From contig JBHLME010000013.1 in NCBI GenBank assembly GCA_048938445.1, positions 1 to 51,545 of the forward strand: 51,545 nt of DNA. The letters are read 5' to 3'. How positions within the stretch are numbered: position 1 is the stretch's first letter; each line of letters starts with the position of its first letter. A model generated the notes under the pieces. It worked only from the letters and a program-made list of their open reading frames with translations, did not search any database and was not told the DNA's origin. The DNA comes from Promethearchaeota archaeon (GTDB taxonomy: Archaea; Asgardarchaeota; Lokiarchaeia; Sigyniarchaeales; SOKP01). Positions 9,992 through 20,344 of this stretch are shown here, piece after piece. Both the position numbers and the translations under genes were made by a program.

Positions 9992-10048
9992 TGCCGTGTA
10001 TTCTGTGATATTATTAGCCTGTTTTCCAATGAATCAACATCCTTGGTG
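9992..10048 (-). pseudogene. Degraded internal fragment of RNase HI (matches 4365-4421)
   Basis: 48/57 nt identical, ungapped. It reads HQGC*FIGKQANNITEYTA versus HQGCGFIGEQTNNIAEYTA. Confidence 0.8.
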
Positions 10049-10128
10049 GACTTATCTTAAGTTATAAAATAAATAAAAAAAAATAATAATAAAAAAAAAA
10101 GATAGCTAAATAATATTTTTGAAAAAAT

Positions 10129-12933
10129 TCAGCAATTTCCTATATCTTTCTCTTCTACTTCGACATTTTTTGGTATGAGCATAAATTTTTCGTAGATTTC
10201 GGCAAATAGCATAATTGGGATTGAAGTTAATAAAATCATTACCCAATCTACAGGTCCAAGAAGCGAAGTTCCTATGAAAATTTGTAAGAATGGGATATAA
10301 ATTGCTGAGAGAAGTAATATTATCGCAAGAAACACTGCTCCTAATAAGATTTTATTTTGAAATAACTTTTTTGAAAATATAGTTGTCGTTTGACTAACAG
10401 AAAGACTTTGTATTAACTGAAAAATGACGAGCGCCGCAAATGTGATTGTTCTTTGTCTGGATAAATCCATTGTTGTTAAATCTATAGTAATGTTAAAATT
10501 AATGCTCCATAAAAACAAAAATATACATCCAAAAGCATTCAAGATTCCAAATAGCAGGATAAAAATAGTCATATTTCTGGTGAGCAAGGGTTCATTTGGA
10601 TCCCTAGGTTTTCTAAGCATTATATTTTCTTCAGCAGGACTTACACCGAGAGCAAGTGCAGGAAAACTATCGGTGACTAAATTAATATATAATAATTGGA
10701 TCGCAAGAATGGGGAGAAAACTATGTCTAAACACTACAAAGCCTAAAATGACCATTGCTAAAACAGTCAAGACCTCTCCTGCGTTAGCTGATAATAGATA
10801 TGCAATAAATTTTTTAATGTTATCATAAATTCTCCTTCCTTCCTCTACGGATTCTATTATGTTAGCAAAATTATCATCAACCAGTATCATATCGCTTGCT
10901 TCTTTAGCCACGTCTGTCCCTGTTATTCCCATTGCTACACCCACATCCGCTCGTTTTAAAGCGGGAGCATCATTTACTCCATCTCCGGTCATGATTACCA
11001 CCTCATCTTGCTTTTTTAAGCTATTTATAATGCGTAATTTATGGGAAGGATTTACTCTTGCAAAAATATCCGTTTTCTGAATGGCTTTGTCCAACTCTTC
11101 ATCGGACATTAGTTCTAACCTGGCTCCTGAAATGGGTTCTGTTGCTCCGCAAATTCCTATTTCCTTGCCAATTGCTTTAGCAGTTGACATGTGATCCCCG
11201 GTAATCATTATAACTTTAATTCCTGCTTCTTTAGCTTTTATCACGGCAGGTCTTGATGATTCTCTTGCAGGATCAATCATTCCTACAAATCCTATAAACG
11301 TTAGATGTTCTTCAACAAGATTGCTCTTTTTTTTTTCAAGCAATTCTTGTGTTTCCTCCGCAGTGATGTCTCTTAATGCAAATCCCAAGATACGATAAGC
11401 GAAATTTGTGGAAAATCTCTCGCTAATTTTGATTATTTTTTCTTTTTTCTCAGTAGTCAATTCTATCTTTTCACCATCTTCCAAGTAAAAATCACAAAGA
11501 TCTAGCAAGATGTCCAGGGCTCCTTTTACCATTATCCGAGATGTATTATTTTCATTATTTCGTGATATGACACTCATTCTTTTTCGACTACTATCAAAAG
11601 GAAATAAATATTCAACTTCCCATTTTTTTTTAATAGTATCAATCGTTTGACCTTTCTCAGCCAAAATGAGTAAAGCTATTTCTGTTGGGTCTCCAAATAC
11701 CTTGTAAGGCTTATCTTCGTCTTGAAATTCTATAGATGCTTCGCTAGCTAAAGCACATATTTCCAAAAGGGATTCTAAATCGGGTCTATATCCCGGTTCA
11801 ATTTCTTTGGCACTCTCCGCCTTTACGATCTGACCAAAGTTAACATATCCAGTTCCCGTGACATTATATTGTTGATTCATTGTCCAGATGAGAGTAACCG
11901 TCATTTCATTTTTAGTTAACGTTCCTGTCTTATCTGTTGAAATTATAGTGCTGGAGCCAAGAACTTCCACGGCAGGGAGTTTTCGAATAAGTGCATTTTT
12001 CCGTGCCATGCGAGTAACTCCAATTGCTAAACATAGAGTCATGACTGCTGGAAGTCCTTCAGGCACTGCTGCAACAGCAAGTCCAATCGCGAAAATGAAC
12101 AATTCTGTAAATTCATTCAATCCTACAAAGATAATTTGAATAAAAAAAATACTAATGGCAATTATAATTATAAATAAAGTCAATTGCTTTGCTAATTTTT
12201 TCAATTTTTTCTGGATTGGAGTATCTTCTCGAGTAATATCTGAAATGGAAGTGGCTATTCTTCCCAATTCAGTATCAAGTCCGGTAGAGACAACAAGTCC
12301 TTTTCCTGATCCGCTTGAGATTACGGTTCCTTTATGAAGCATGTTCTTTCTTTCAGCTAGCGGTGTCTCTTTTGGTAAGACATCAATATTCTTTCTAACT
12401 GGTAAAGATTCTCCTGTTAATATTGACTCATTTACATTGATCTCGTATCCTTTTATCAAGCGTATATCCGCAGATATAAGATTTCCTGCTTCTAATAATA
12501 CAATGTCCCCTGGCACAAGAAATTCTGCTTTCAATTTAATTTTTTCATCATTTCTGATAACAAGCACTTCACTTTTAGATAAAGATTGGAGTGCTTCAAT
12601 TGCTTTTTCAGCGGAATATTCTTGTTGAAACCCTAATCCAGCATTTAAAAGAACAACAAAGATTATTGCGACAACTTCAACTATTACACTGTTATCATTT
12701 TCAATGATCCCAAGTAAGGCAGTGATCAATCCGGCTACGATTAAGATTATAACCAACAAATCCTTAAATTGGGAGAGAAAGATTTTAATAGGACTGATTT
12801 TTTTACCCGTATCTAATTCATTTTTTCCATATTTTTCTAAACGTTGATCTGCTTCTGAGGAAGTTAAACCTTTATGATTTGTATTTAAAATTTCAAACAA
12901 ATTGTCTATGCTTTTTTCGTGTGCTTCTATCAT
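10129..12933 (-). CDS. P-type ATPase, type IIA (SERCA-like Ca2+/Mn2+ pump)
   Basis: TGES, VAAVPEGLP, DKTGTLT, KGA, MITGDH and TGDGVNDAPAL; M5 is SANAGEV and M6 is INLVTDS. Confidence 0.93.
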   Translation of the reverse strand: MIEAHEKSIDNLFEILNTNHKGLTSSEADQRLEKYGKNELDTGKKISPIKIFLSQFKDLLVIILIVAGLITALLGIIENDNSVIVEVVAIIFVVLLNAGLGFQQEYSAEKAIEALQSLSKSEVLVIRNDEKIKLKAEFLVPGDIVLLEAGNLISADIRLIKGYEINVNESILTGESLPVRKNIDVLPKETPLAERKNMLHKGTVISSGSGKGLVVSTGLDTELGRIATSISDITREDTPIQKKLKKLAKQLTLFIIIIAISIFFIQIIFVGLNEFTELFIFAIGLAVAAVPEGLPAVMTLCLAIGVTRMARKNALIRKLPAVEVLGSSTIISTDKTGTLTKNEMTVTLIWTMNQQYNVTGTGYVNFGQIVKAESAKEIEPGYRPDLESLLEICALASEASIEFQDEDKPYKVFGDPTEIALLILAEKGQTIDTIKKKWEVEYLFPFDSSRKRMSVISRNNENNTSRIMVKGALDILLDLCDFYLEDGEKIELTTEKKEKIIKISERFSTNFAYRILGFALRDITAEETQELLEKKKSNLVEEHLTFIGFVGMIDPARESSRPAVIKAKEAGIKVIMITGDHMSTAKAIGKEIGICGATEPISGARLELMSDEELDKAIQKTDIFARVNPSHKLRIINSLKKQDEVVIMTGDGVNDAPALKRADVGVAMGITGTDVAKEASDMILVDDNFANIIESVEEGRRIYDNIKKFIAYLLSANAGEVLTVLAMVILGFVVFRHSFLPILAIQLLYINLVTDSFPALALGVSPAEENIMLRKPRDPNEPLLTRNMTIFILLFGILNAFGCIFLFLWSINFNITIDLTTMDLSRQRTITFAALVIFQLIQSLSVSQTTTIFSKKLFQNKILLGAVFLAIILLLSAIYIPFLQIFIGTSLLGPVDWVMILLTSIPIMLFAEIYEKFMLIPKNVEVEEKDIGNC

Positions 12934-13368
12934 TTTACATTCAACAATAAATTTTTCTCAATCAATCAAATTGTTTATTTAAATATGCTGAATCGTTATT
13001 TTTTAATTAAATTTTTACAGAAGAATAATAGTATAAAAACGTTTATTAATCATTTCTTAATATTTTAAAGAATTATGCAATAATCTGATTATATCTCCTT
13101 AAAATAACAATATCGGAATTTATTTTGAAAAAAGGAAAAGAAGAAATAATGATATTTTCAGAAAAGTTTTAATTCGATTTATTCAATCAATTTAAAAAAT
13201 GATTCTAGATTACTTCAACAATTTTAATAAATTTCAATCAGAAAAATCTTTTCTATGATTGTAGGTATCTAATGCTTTTAGATGATTCTGTTATGCTTTA
13301 TATTATTTTTAAGGAAAATTTTTATGATCTAGACTTTTTTCAATGTTATATAAATAAAGTAACTTATC

Positions 13369-14145
13369 ATGCCTGAACTCCCGGAAGTAGAAATATACAA
13401 GCGTTATCTTGATTCCACTTCGTTAAATAAGGAAATTACCGATATTTTTGTCAGGGATGAGAGAATATTAAAAATTGATGGCAATCATTTTAAAAAACAA
13501 GTAATCGGAAAGGAGTTCCTTTCTACCATGCGTCATGGAAAAAATTTATTTATTAAATTAGATTCTATTTACATCTTGCTTCATTTTGGAATGAGCGGTG
13601 ATCTAGAATATTTTAAACCACTTGAAAAAGAACCACGGTATAGTAAAGTTATTTTTCAATTTAAGAACGGTCATTATTTGGCCTATATTTCAATACGGCT
13701 ATTTGGCAAAGTAGATCTCGTGGAAAATCTCAATGAATTTATTGAACAAAATAAGCTTGGACCAGACGCGTATAAGATGACTATGGAAGAATTTCTTTTC
13801 GCAACTCGCAGAAGAAGTGGGAATCTGAAGAATTTATTACTCAACCAAGAATTCATTGCAGGAATAGGTAATGTTTATTCTGATGAAATATTATTTCGAT
13901 CTGGATTATCTCCTAAAAAGAAAATAAAAGATTTGAATGAAAATGAATTGAAAACGTTGTACGAACAGATCAAGGAGGTAATAAAGTTTGGAATCAAGAA
14001 AGAAGGGGATTGGACATCATATCCAGGCAATTCCTTAATCCCTCATCGGAAAAAAAACAATATTTGTCCAAATTGCGCAACAATTTTAGATATAATTGAA
14101 ATTTCAGGACGCAGGGGTTTTTTTTGCCCTAAATGTCAGAAATAA
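13369..14145 (+). CDS. mutM: Fpg/Nei family DNA glycosylase/AP lyase
   Basis: N-terminal MPELPEVE, HFGMSG, H2TH motif IAGIGNVYSDE and C-terminal CPNC...FCPKCQ zinc finger. Confidence 0.9.
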   Translation: MPELPEVEIYKRYLDSTSLNKEITDIFVRDERILKIDGNHFKKQVIGKEFLSTMRHGKNLFIKLDSIYILLHFGMSGDLEYFKPLEKEPRYSKVIFQFKNGHYLAYISIRLFGKVDLVENLNEFIEQNKLGPDAYKMTMEEFLFATRRRSGNLKNLLLNQEFIAGIGNVYSDEILFRSGLSPKKKIKDLNENELKTLYEQIKEVIKFGIKKEGDWTSYPGNSLIPHRKKNNICPNCATILDIIEISGRRGFFCPKCQK

Positions 14146-14297
14146 TGAGCATCCGTATTAAATTAATAATTTTTCAAGTTTAGATCTTAAAATCCAATTA
14201 TATTGTGTATACTTAATATAATTTAATGCCAATGGTAAAAAGATATCATTTTAACTGAACGGGAGGTGTTATTGATTCTAAAATTCAAAGTGATAAA

Positions 14298-15170
14298 TCA
14301 TAATTCTTGAAACAAATGTGATTCTTCTTTTTTTTGAAATTTTTGGTTTTTTGGATAAAATAAAAAGATTTCTTCGTCTGTCAGTTTTATATCTACTGCA
14401 GCGGCATTAGCTTCCAAGTGTTCCAATTTAAAAGCTTTGGGGATGGTAATCACGTTATCATGATTGAGCAACCAAGCAATAGCAATTTGATGGATGGTTG
14501 CATCGTGATCTTTAGCAACTCTTTCAAGATCTCCTCTAATTAAATCATCTAAATTGGATAATCCTCGGTGTCCTAATGGACTGTAAGCTGTCATGATAAT
14601 CCCATTTTCTTGATAATATGGCAATGAATCGTGAATGTGTTTTGGTTTAGTAATATTGGCGGGCAGTTGATTATTCACGAGTTCTGTTGTTTTTAAGTAT
14701 GATTGAGCTTCTTTAAATTGTTCAACAGAAAAATTGCTGACTCCAATATATCGTGTTTTTCCTTGCTTGTAAATCTCTTCCATGACATCCATCTGTTTTT
14801 TGATAGAATCCAAAGGACTTGGCCAGTGAATGAGGTAAAGATCAAAATTCTTTAATCCCAAACGTTTCAAGCTTTTTTCGGCAGCTTTTATCATGGTGCG
14901 TTTGTTTAAATGCATTGGAAACAGCTTGCTTGTAATAAAAAGTGAGTCTCTAGGATATTCTTTGACAACTTCGCCTACAATTTTTTCTGATTCACCATGA
15001 CCGTAGAATTCTGCGGTATCAATATGCGTCATTCCCAGTTCAATTCCCCTTCTCAATGATTTCTTCCATTGTTCGTAATACTCTTTACTTTTTCTACTTT
15101 TAATCCCCCAGGTACCTTGTCCAAGTACGGGGATCTTTTCCTTGGTTTTTCCAAGTTCTACAAATCTCAT
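14298..15170 (-). CDS. Aldo/keto reductase
   Basis: LGQGTW, IDTAEFYG, DLYLIHWP, IGVSNF, AYSPL and IPKA. Confidence 0.92.
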   Translation of the reverse strand: MRFVELGKTKEKIPVLGQGTWGIKSRKSKEYYEQWKKSLRRGIELGMTHIDTAEFYGHGESEKIVGEVVKEYPRDSLFITSKLFPMHLNKRTMIKAAEKSLKRLGLKNFDLYLIHWPSPLDSIKKQMDVMEEIYKQGKTRYIGVSNFSVEQFKEAQSYLKTTELVNNQLPANITKPKHIHDSLPYYQENGIIMTAYSPLGHRGLSNLDDLIRGDLERVAKDHDATIHQIAIAWLLNHDNVITIPKAFKLEHLEANAAAVDIKLTDEEIFLFYPKNQKFQKKEESHLFQEL

Positions 15171-15284
15171 AAGGTACGTAGTTTTTATGGGAATTTAAAG
15201 ATTTTACTTCAAAAATATTTGATTTTCACTTATCGAGATTAATCCTAGATAATGTATTTTAATGAAAAATTTATAAAAATTAAT

Positions 15285-16136
15285 TCATTGATGTGTTAAT
15301 ATTATCAAGGAAATGATAAGAATAATCCCACAAATGAATATGAATGCTTGAATCACCGATTTTTTCAAGTCTTTTTGATCTAATAACTCCGGCAAGAGTT
15401 CCGTGGAAGCAAGATAAAGAAAACCTCCTCCTGAGAATGCTAATATAAATAAATTAAAAGATTCAATAAAACTTGATAAAAATAAAGCAAAAACACCACC
15501 AGCTATCGCGATAATTGCACTAAGGAAGTTAAATATCAAAGCTTTTTTCTTTGAAAAACCACCATATACGAGGATTGCAAAATCTCCAATCTCTTGAGGG
15601 AATTCATGAAAAATAACTGCCAACGTGATGATAATCCCCATGGGAATTCCATTGAGAAATGCGACTAAGATAACAATACCATCCAAAAAATTATGCAATC
15701 CATCTCCGAACAGGTTAAGAAGAGCAAATCCCTTAATTTGATTCTCTTTTTGTAGGAGTTTATTTTTTCCTTCAATGATATTTTCATAACAGACCATTTT
15801 ATTCTCATGTTCATGAGCATGGCCATGGAACCAATAAATAAATCTTTCAATTATGAAAAAAATAATGAATCCTGCAATAACGAAGAAAAATACAAAATTT
15901 TCAGGAATTGCAACTCCCTCCGCATTTAATTCTTCCATTTGATGGATAGCTTCAGGTATTAGATCGAATAAAGCGGTTGCAAGTATTGTTCCAGTGGCAA
16001 AAGCAATGAGAATGAACAAGATTCGATCTAAAGTAATTTCTTTTAAGCTTATCATGAATAGTCCGACCAAACTTATGCAGCTGATTCCAAAGATTACTAA
16101 AAATCCGAAAATGGCTTCTAACATGATATAATTCAC
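15285..16136 (-). CDS. ZIP family divalent metal transporter
   Basis: LIPEA, His-rich loop HGHAHEH, DGLHNFLDG and HEFPQEIGDF. Confidence 0.92.
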   Translation of the reverse strand: MNYIMLEAIFGFLVIFGISCISLVGLFMISLKEITLDRILFILIAFATGTILATALFDLIPEAIHQMEELNAEGVAIPENFVFFFVIAGFIIFFIIERFIYWFHGHAHEHENKMVCYENIIEGKNKLLQKENQIKGFALLNLFGDGLHNFLDGIVILVAFLNGIPMGIIITLAVIFHEFPQEIGDFAILVYGGFSKKKALIFNFLSAIIAIAGGVFALFLSSFIESFNLFILAFSGGGFLYLASTELLPELLDQKDLKKSVIQAFIFICGIILIISLIILTHQ

Positions 16137-16411
16137 AAATTAATGATATATTATATTAGAATCGATGCTTAAAAAGTTCTATTCATTTAAAAAATAACTA
16201 TTATTGGAATATCAAACGATATGTTATAATGTGTTATTTTTCGATTCTAAAGTAATAATATCGTGTAATTTTAAAATATAAAATATTGGTGATGTTATCT
16301 TGCAATAAAGAGGAATAGGTGCAGTTTATATCTATATTTCATAAAAAAAGATAATAAATATTTCTTTAAATAATATCAATTAAAACAATCAGTAAATTAA
16401 ATAATAAAAAT

Positions 16412-16756
16412 ATGGTTGATTTAAACACTGTCATATATGTTCTAACATATATATTTGAAATTGGGTCTGTTGTAGGGTTAATATTTCTTTCATTTAGCTT
16501 ATATCTAGCACAAAAGATCAAACAATTATTTCCGGGTGGCAATATCGTGAAAAAATGGCAAATTATGCAGCTCCTTATCGGTGTTTTCATGGTAATTCAA
16601 GTAATAGGATTGTTAAATATATTCTTTCCCGATCAGAACGTGACATACATTATTAGTGGAATTTTAAATCTTGGAACTGGTATCTTCATTGTAATCTTGT
16701 TCAATTTAAGTTTTAAGACATACAAATTGATCTTACACAAGACACAACCTGCATGA
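16412..16756 (+). CDS. Small three-helix membrane protein
   Basis: Three hydrophobic stretches with a GGNIVKKW loop; 42 nt upstream of the longin-like gene. Confidence 0.7.
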   Translation: MVDLNTVIYVLTYIFEIGSVVGLIFLSFSLYLAQKIKQLFPGGNIVKKWQIMQLLIGVFMVIQVIGLLNIFFPDQNVTYIISGILNLGTGIFIVILFNLSFKTYKLILHKTQPA

Positions 16757-16798
16757 AATAGTGAATTATATTAAGATTTAACAATAATAATAATAGTA

Positions 16799-17197
16799 AT
16801 GTCATCATTAATTGAGGATCTTTGGATTTTTTCGAGTGATGGGAGGCCCTTGATAGAGGTATTTCACAATACTCAATTTGATAGTGCGCTTTTGGGAGCG
16901 TTTCTTGCTGCAATGGAGAGTTTTTCAAAGGAATTATCTAATACACAATTAAATAATTTTAGTTTTGGCAAAAAAAAATTCTTGATAACATCTTGCTTGG
17001 ATGGGAATATATTCCTTGTAAGTCAATCAGATTTTAAAACAAAAAGTAAAAAAATCCAAAAAGTGTTTAAAATTATTGCTGAATTTTTCGAAGAAATCTA
17101 TTCAATTGAAGACATTGATAAATGGGATGGGGATACAAAATTCTTTAATAGTTTTAAAGATAGAATAAACCTTTATTTTAGCATGGCGGAATTATGA
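16799..17197 (+). CDS. Longin-like domain protein (Asgard type)
   Basis: Longin-like pattern: LWIFSSDGRPL, DSALLGAFLAAMESFSKEL, then beta strands and two C-terminal helices (AEFFEEIY...FNSFKDRI). Confidence 0.65.
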   Translation: MSSLIEDLWIFSSDGRPLIEVFHNTQFDSALLGAFLAAMESFSKELSNTQLNNFSFGKKKFLITSCLDGNIFLVSQSDFKTKSKKIQKVFKIIAEFFEEIYSIEDIDKWDGDTKFFNSFKDRINLYFSMAEL

Positions 17198-17484
17198 TAA
17201 AAATAAAGATTATTTCATTAATAAGTTGGTAATGAGAGAACTTAATAACTTTCTCATAATTAAATAAATTATAAACATTGACTTCTTTTTTTGTAATTTT
17301 TAATATAAAATCGAATATATTACTGGTTTCCTAAGGATGGTGGTACATCAGCTAAACATTCAACGCAATATTTTAAATATCTGAAAAAATATATTTTCAC
17401 CATAACTATTTAAGCGATCTTAACGATCTTTTATATAACAACCTATTTTTTTAAATAGTTTAACCAGTAACCTGATTTCTAAAA

Positions 17485-17823
17485 TTGAATATTAATAATG
17501 AGAGTTCTTTAAACAATAAAAAGAAGTTTAAAGATTTTATGGATAAATTAAATGCTTCTAAGCCTGAAGTAAAAAATGCTTTTAAAGGAATTAAAGAAAA
17601 AATGAAAGAAGAAAAAATAGATCGATTGATTTTTGAAAGGAAATATCTCTCGGAAATTTTCAATAAAAAAATCTTAATCTTTAAAAAATATGATGATCTT
17701 CCAGTTTTGAATAATATGGCTTTAGATTATTTTCTCTTTCATTGGATTAATGTTAAATATGAGGGACCTCTAATAAAATTCATCGATATCGAAAAACAGA
17801 AAAAAGAATATGTAATTATATAA
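17485..17823 (+). CDS. Hypothetical protein
   Basis: 112-aa Lys-rich ORF with TTG start; no recognised motif. Confidence 0.45.
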   Translation: MNINNESSLNNKKKFKDFMDKLNASKPEVKNAFKGIKEKMKEEKIDRLIFERKYLSEIFNKKILIFKKYDDLPVLNNMALDYFLFHWINVKYEGPLIKFIDIEKQKKEYVII

Positions 17824-17980
17824 TTTTTAGCATGATATCGTGTTAATTAATGTTTTAATATCATTTTCTAAGCATCTATTTTTACAGCAATGCATATATT
17901 AGATTAATTAATTGAAAATTGTTTTAAGTTTCACAGGTTAAAAAAAAGAAATGATGGCTTAGAAATTAGGTATTTTATCA

Positions 17981-18616
17981 TTAATTAAAGAAATCTTTTA
18001 AGACTTGTTGTATATTAGAGGGGTATATTGCAGAATATCTCATAATTTTTTCTTGAGATATTTGGTCTCGATATTTACCTAAAATTCTGAATATTTTATG
18101 GTCAGGAACGTGGTTTGATTTCCATAAATACAAGAAATCTAAGAAGGTTTTTTCGAGATCTGAATATTTTATTCCATTTTTCATTTTGTAAAAAGTAAAT
18201 AACTCTTGATTGAAAATAAAAACTTGCAAATTTTTTCCTAAGACAATGATATTTTTCCTATTAAAAGGCATTCTAGTAGTAATCAAACATTCAGTAGGAT
18301 TTTCTTGCAAGGAAATGTCGTATAATCGTAAAGCTGTATGCAATCCAAAATACCACTCTTTAAAATCCATCATTTTAAGTACTTTTGAAACAAGTTCTAC
18401 AACGGTATGGTTATTCTTATAATTTTTTGATATACTTTCTTTTTTACCTTTCACGTAATAAAAATCTGCAAAAATCTTGATAAGGTCATTTGTCTTAATT
18501 AAATAGTTTATCATCTGTTTATAATTATAATAAAGATCTTTCGAATTATTCTCTAATTCCGTTAAGGAAATGATCTCTTTTCCATCTTCCCATAATTTTT
18601 CTAATAACTTATTCAG
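17981..18616 (-). CDS. AbiEi-like (type IV toxin-antitoxin antitoxin) transcriptional regulator, probable CTG start
   Basis: WYFGLHTAL and YSDLEKTFLDFLY match AbiEi C-terminal motifs. The frame is open to 18646, and CTG at 18616 follows AGAGGT, adding NKLLEKLWEDGKEIISLTEL... (HTH-like). Confidence 0.65.
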   Translation of the reverse strand: MNKLLEKLWEDGKEIISLTELENNSKDLYYNYKQMINYLIKTNDLIKIFADFYYVKGKKESISKNYKNNHTVVELVSKVLKMMDFKEWYFGLHTALRLYDISLQENPTECLITTRMPFNRKNIIVLGKNLQVFIFNQELFTFYKMKNGIKYSDLEKTFLDFLYLWKSNHVPDHKIFRILGKYRDQISQEKIMRYSAIYPSNIQQVLKDFFN

Positions 18617-18995
18617 ATTATGAAACCTCTTTTCGTGTCTTCTCTCTCAAATAAGATTTAATATTTAGCTTGTCCCCTAAAAACTCATTTTTATTCGATT
18701 AATTATCTATGTGAATTAATCTCTCAAATTATTATCTCTCAAAAGGTAAAAACTCTTCATATTTAGACGAATTTTTTCTATCTTTGTTAAAGATAAGATA
18801 ATGCTAAACTATTGAAAAATGCATAAAATGAGGATGTCAACACATTTTTTTTCTCTAATATATAAATAGATACATGAATATTTATCTTTATTGGATTTAT
18901 TTCGCTAAAATGAAGAATTTTGGCAAATTTTACATTTTATAAGAAATTTAGGAATAAAATTATAATTTTTTGTAATAAAACATTAAGTTCTCTTT

Positions 18996-19406
18996 CTATT
19001 GTTTCTTATAATTGTGATGCTCCTTGTCCAAATATTCTTTCTTCAAGAAAAATGCTTTATGAAAAATATCATATTGCTGTGTTGTCAAAATATCTTTAAA
19101 TTTTTCAGCATTCACGCTTGTAATCTCAAATGCTTTATTGATTAATGAACAAGGATAGTCTTCACATAGACCGCAATTTTCAATATTCTTTTCCAAGCAG
19201 CATTCTTTTACTCCATATTCGCAGGATTCAATATCCTGACATCCTCGACATTTCAAACCTTCAATATTTTCCATATCTCGCCCCCATCCTACTTTTTCCA
19301 TCAACTTAGCTGATTCTTTTAGTTGTTCAAGACTACCACTTATTGTTGCAACATATCTTGGACAAGCAGTACAATTATCTCCACAATAAGCTAATTTAAT
19401 TATCAT
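18996..19406 (-). CDS. DUF3795-like Cys-rich protein
   Basis: AYCGDNCTACP...CRGC...C.VKECC...NCGLCEDYPC. Confidence 0.8.
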   Translation of the reverse strand: MIIKLAYCGDNCTACPRYVATISGSLEQLKESAKLMEKVGWGRDMENIEGLKCRGCQDIESCEYGVKECCLEKNIENCGLCEDYPCSLINKAFEITSVNAEKFKDILTTQQYDIFHKAFFLKKEYLDKEHHNYKKQ

Positions 19407-19526
19407 TCACCTTTTTGGTTGGATTATCTTCACAACATTCTACATGATTTAAAGCTTTTACTTTTTGCTCTGAAGATCTTCATCAAATTTAAGAAAATTA
19501 TCCTCATTATTATAAAATCTATTGTA

Positions 19527-20195
19527 TTAAAAAGAGGTTATAAGAATTATAACTCCAATGATAATGAAAATAGATACCGAGACAATTTTAAGATGAAATT
19601 TAGGTACTTTTCGAGCAATAATAGCACCAAAAAAGACACCCATCCACGCTAAACTTATTAATGCTAAAAATGAACCTAACCATACTTCAAGAGGATGGGG
19701 ATATATTGACGCTAAGGTGATTGTTAAAATCTGTGTTTTATCTCCCAATTCCATTATGAAAATAAACAAAAAACCTGCTAAATATGGATTTTTCCTTAAA
19801 TTAGATAGTCTATCCGATATCTTATTTTTAGATTGATCATCAGAAATAGTATTTTGGACTTTATTATCAACGGGACCCACCTTATTTCTATCGCTTTTAG
19901 ATAATTTCCTCTCATAATAAAGCCTCTTCAATCCTCGGGCTTCCAATATACCAATTAGAATGAAAACTATACCTGATAATATCGAAATTATAGAAATGGG
20001 AACAAATCGCGTTATGACCGCACCAAAGAAGACTCCAAGCGTTACAATTACCGCAAATCCGAGCATGGCACCAAAACCTACTTTATATGATTTTTCATGC
20101 TCTAAACTAAGATTGAACACAATTAATTGAGTTTTATCTCCTAATTCACCTAAAAATAAAAGACCAAATGTAGTTATTAATGTTATTAAGTTCAT
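19527..20195 (-). CDS. TMEM165/GDT1 (UPF0016) Ca2+/Mn2+ transporter
   Basis: Two ELGDKTQ motifs in duplicated transmembrane halves. Confidence 0.92.
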   Translation of the reverse strand: MNLITLITTFGLLFLGELGDKTQLIVFNLSLEHEKSYKVGFGAMLGFAVIVTLGVFFGAVITRFVPISIISILSGIVFILIGILEARGLKRLYYERKLSKSDRNKVGPVDNKVQNTISDDQSKNKISDRLSNLRKNPYLAGFLFIFIMELGDKTQILTITLASIYPHPLEVWLGSFLALISLAWMGVFFGAIIARKVPKFHLKIVSVSIFIIIGVIILITSF

Positions 20196-20344
20196 GAGAG
20201 ATCAAGTGAACTTTTTTTTTTTTATTTTTCGACCTATTTTTAATAAGTATTATATTATTAATTTATGGATAAAAATCTTAAAATTAAGAAAAATTGTATT
20301 ATCATGAAGACCATTTATTATTATATTTTAAGAAGTGATTATTT

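Noticed and set aside
9992-10048. In-frame TGA as possible selenocysteine
   Set aside because: The TGA replaces a Gly codon (GGA) in a short fragment with no start or flanking frame, so decay explains it.
10424-12628. Plus-strand ORFs inside the P-type ATPase, and similar antisense ORFs inside the kinases, methyltransferase, NmrA, stomatin and DUF4097-like genes
   Set aside because: Shadow ORFs opposite well-supported genes, with no motifs.
17320-17403. 27-aa minus-strand ORF (MVKIYFFRYLKYCVECLADVPPSLGNQ)
   Set aside because: Too short, with a single CxxC and no independent support.
18830-18840. GAGGATGTCAA resembling an IS200/IS605 right end
   Set aside because: There is no GC-rich subterminal hairpin and no tnpA/tnpB remnant nearby.
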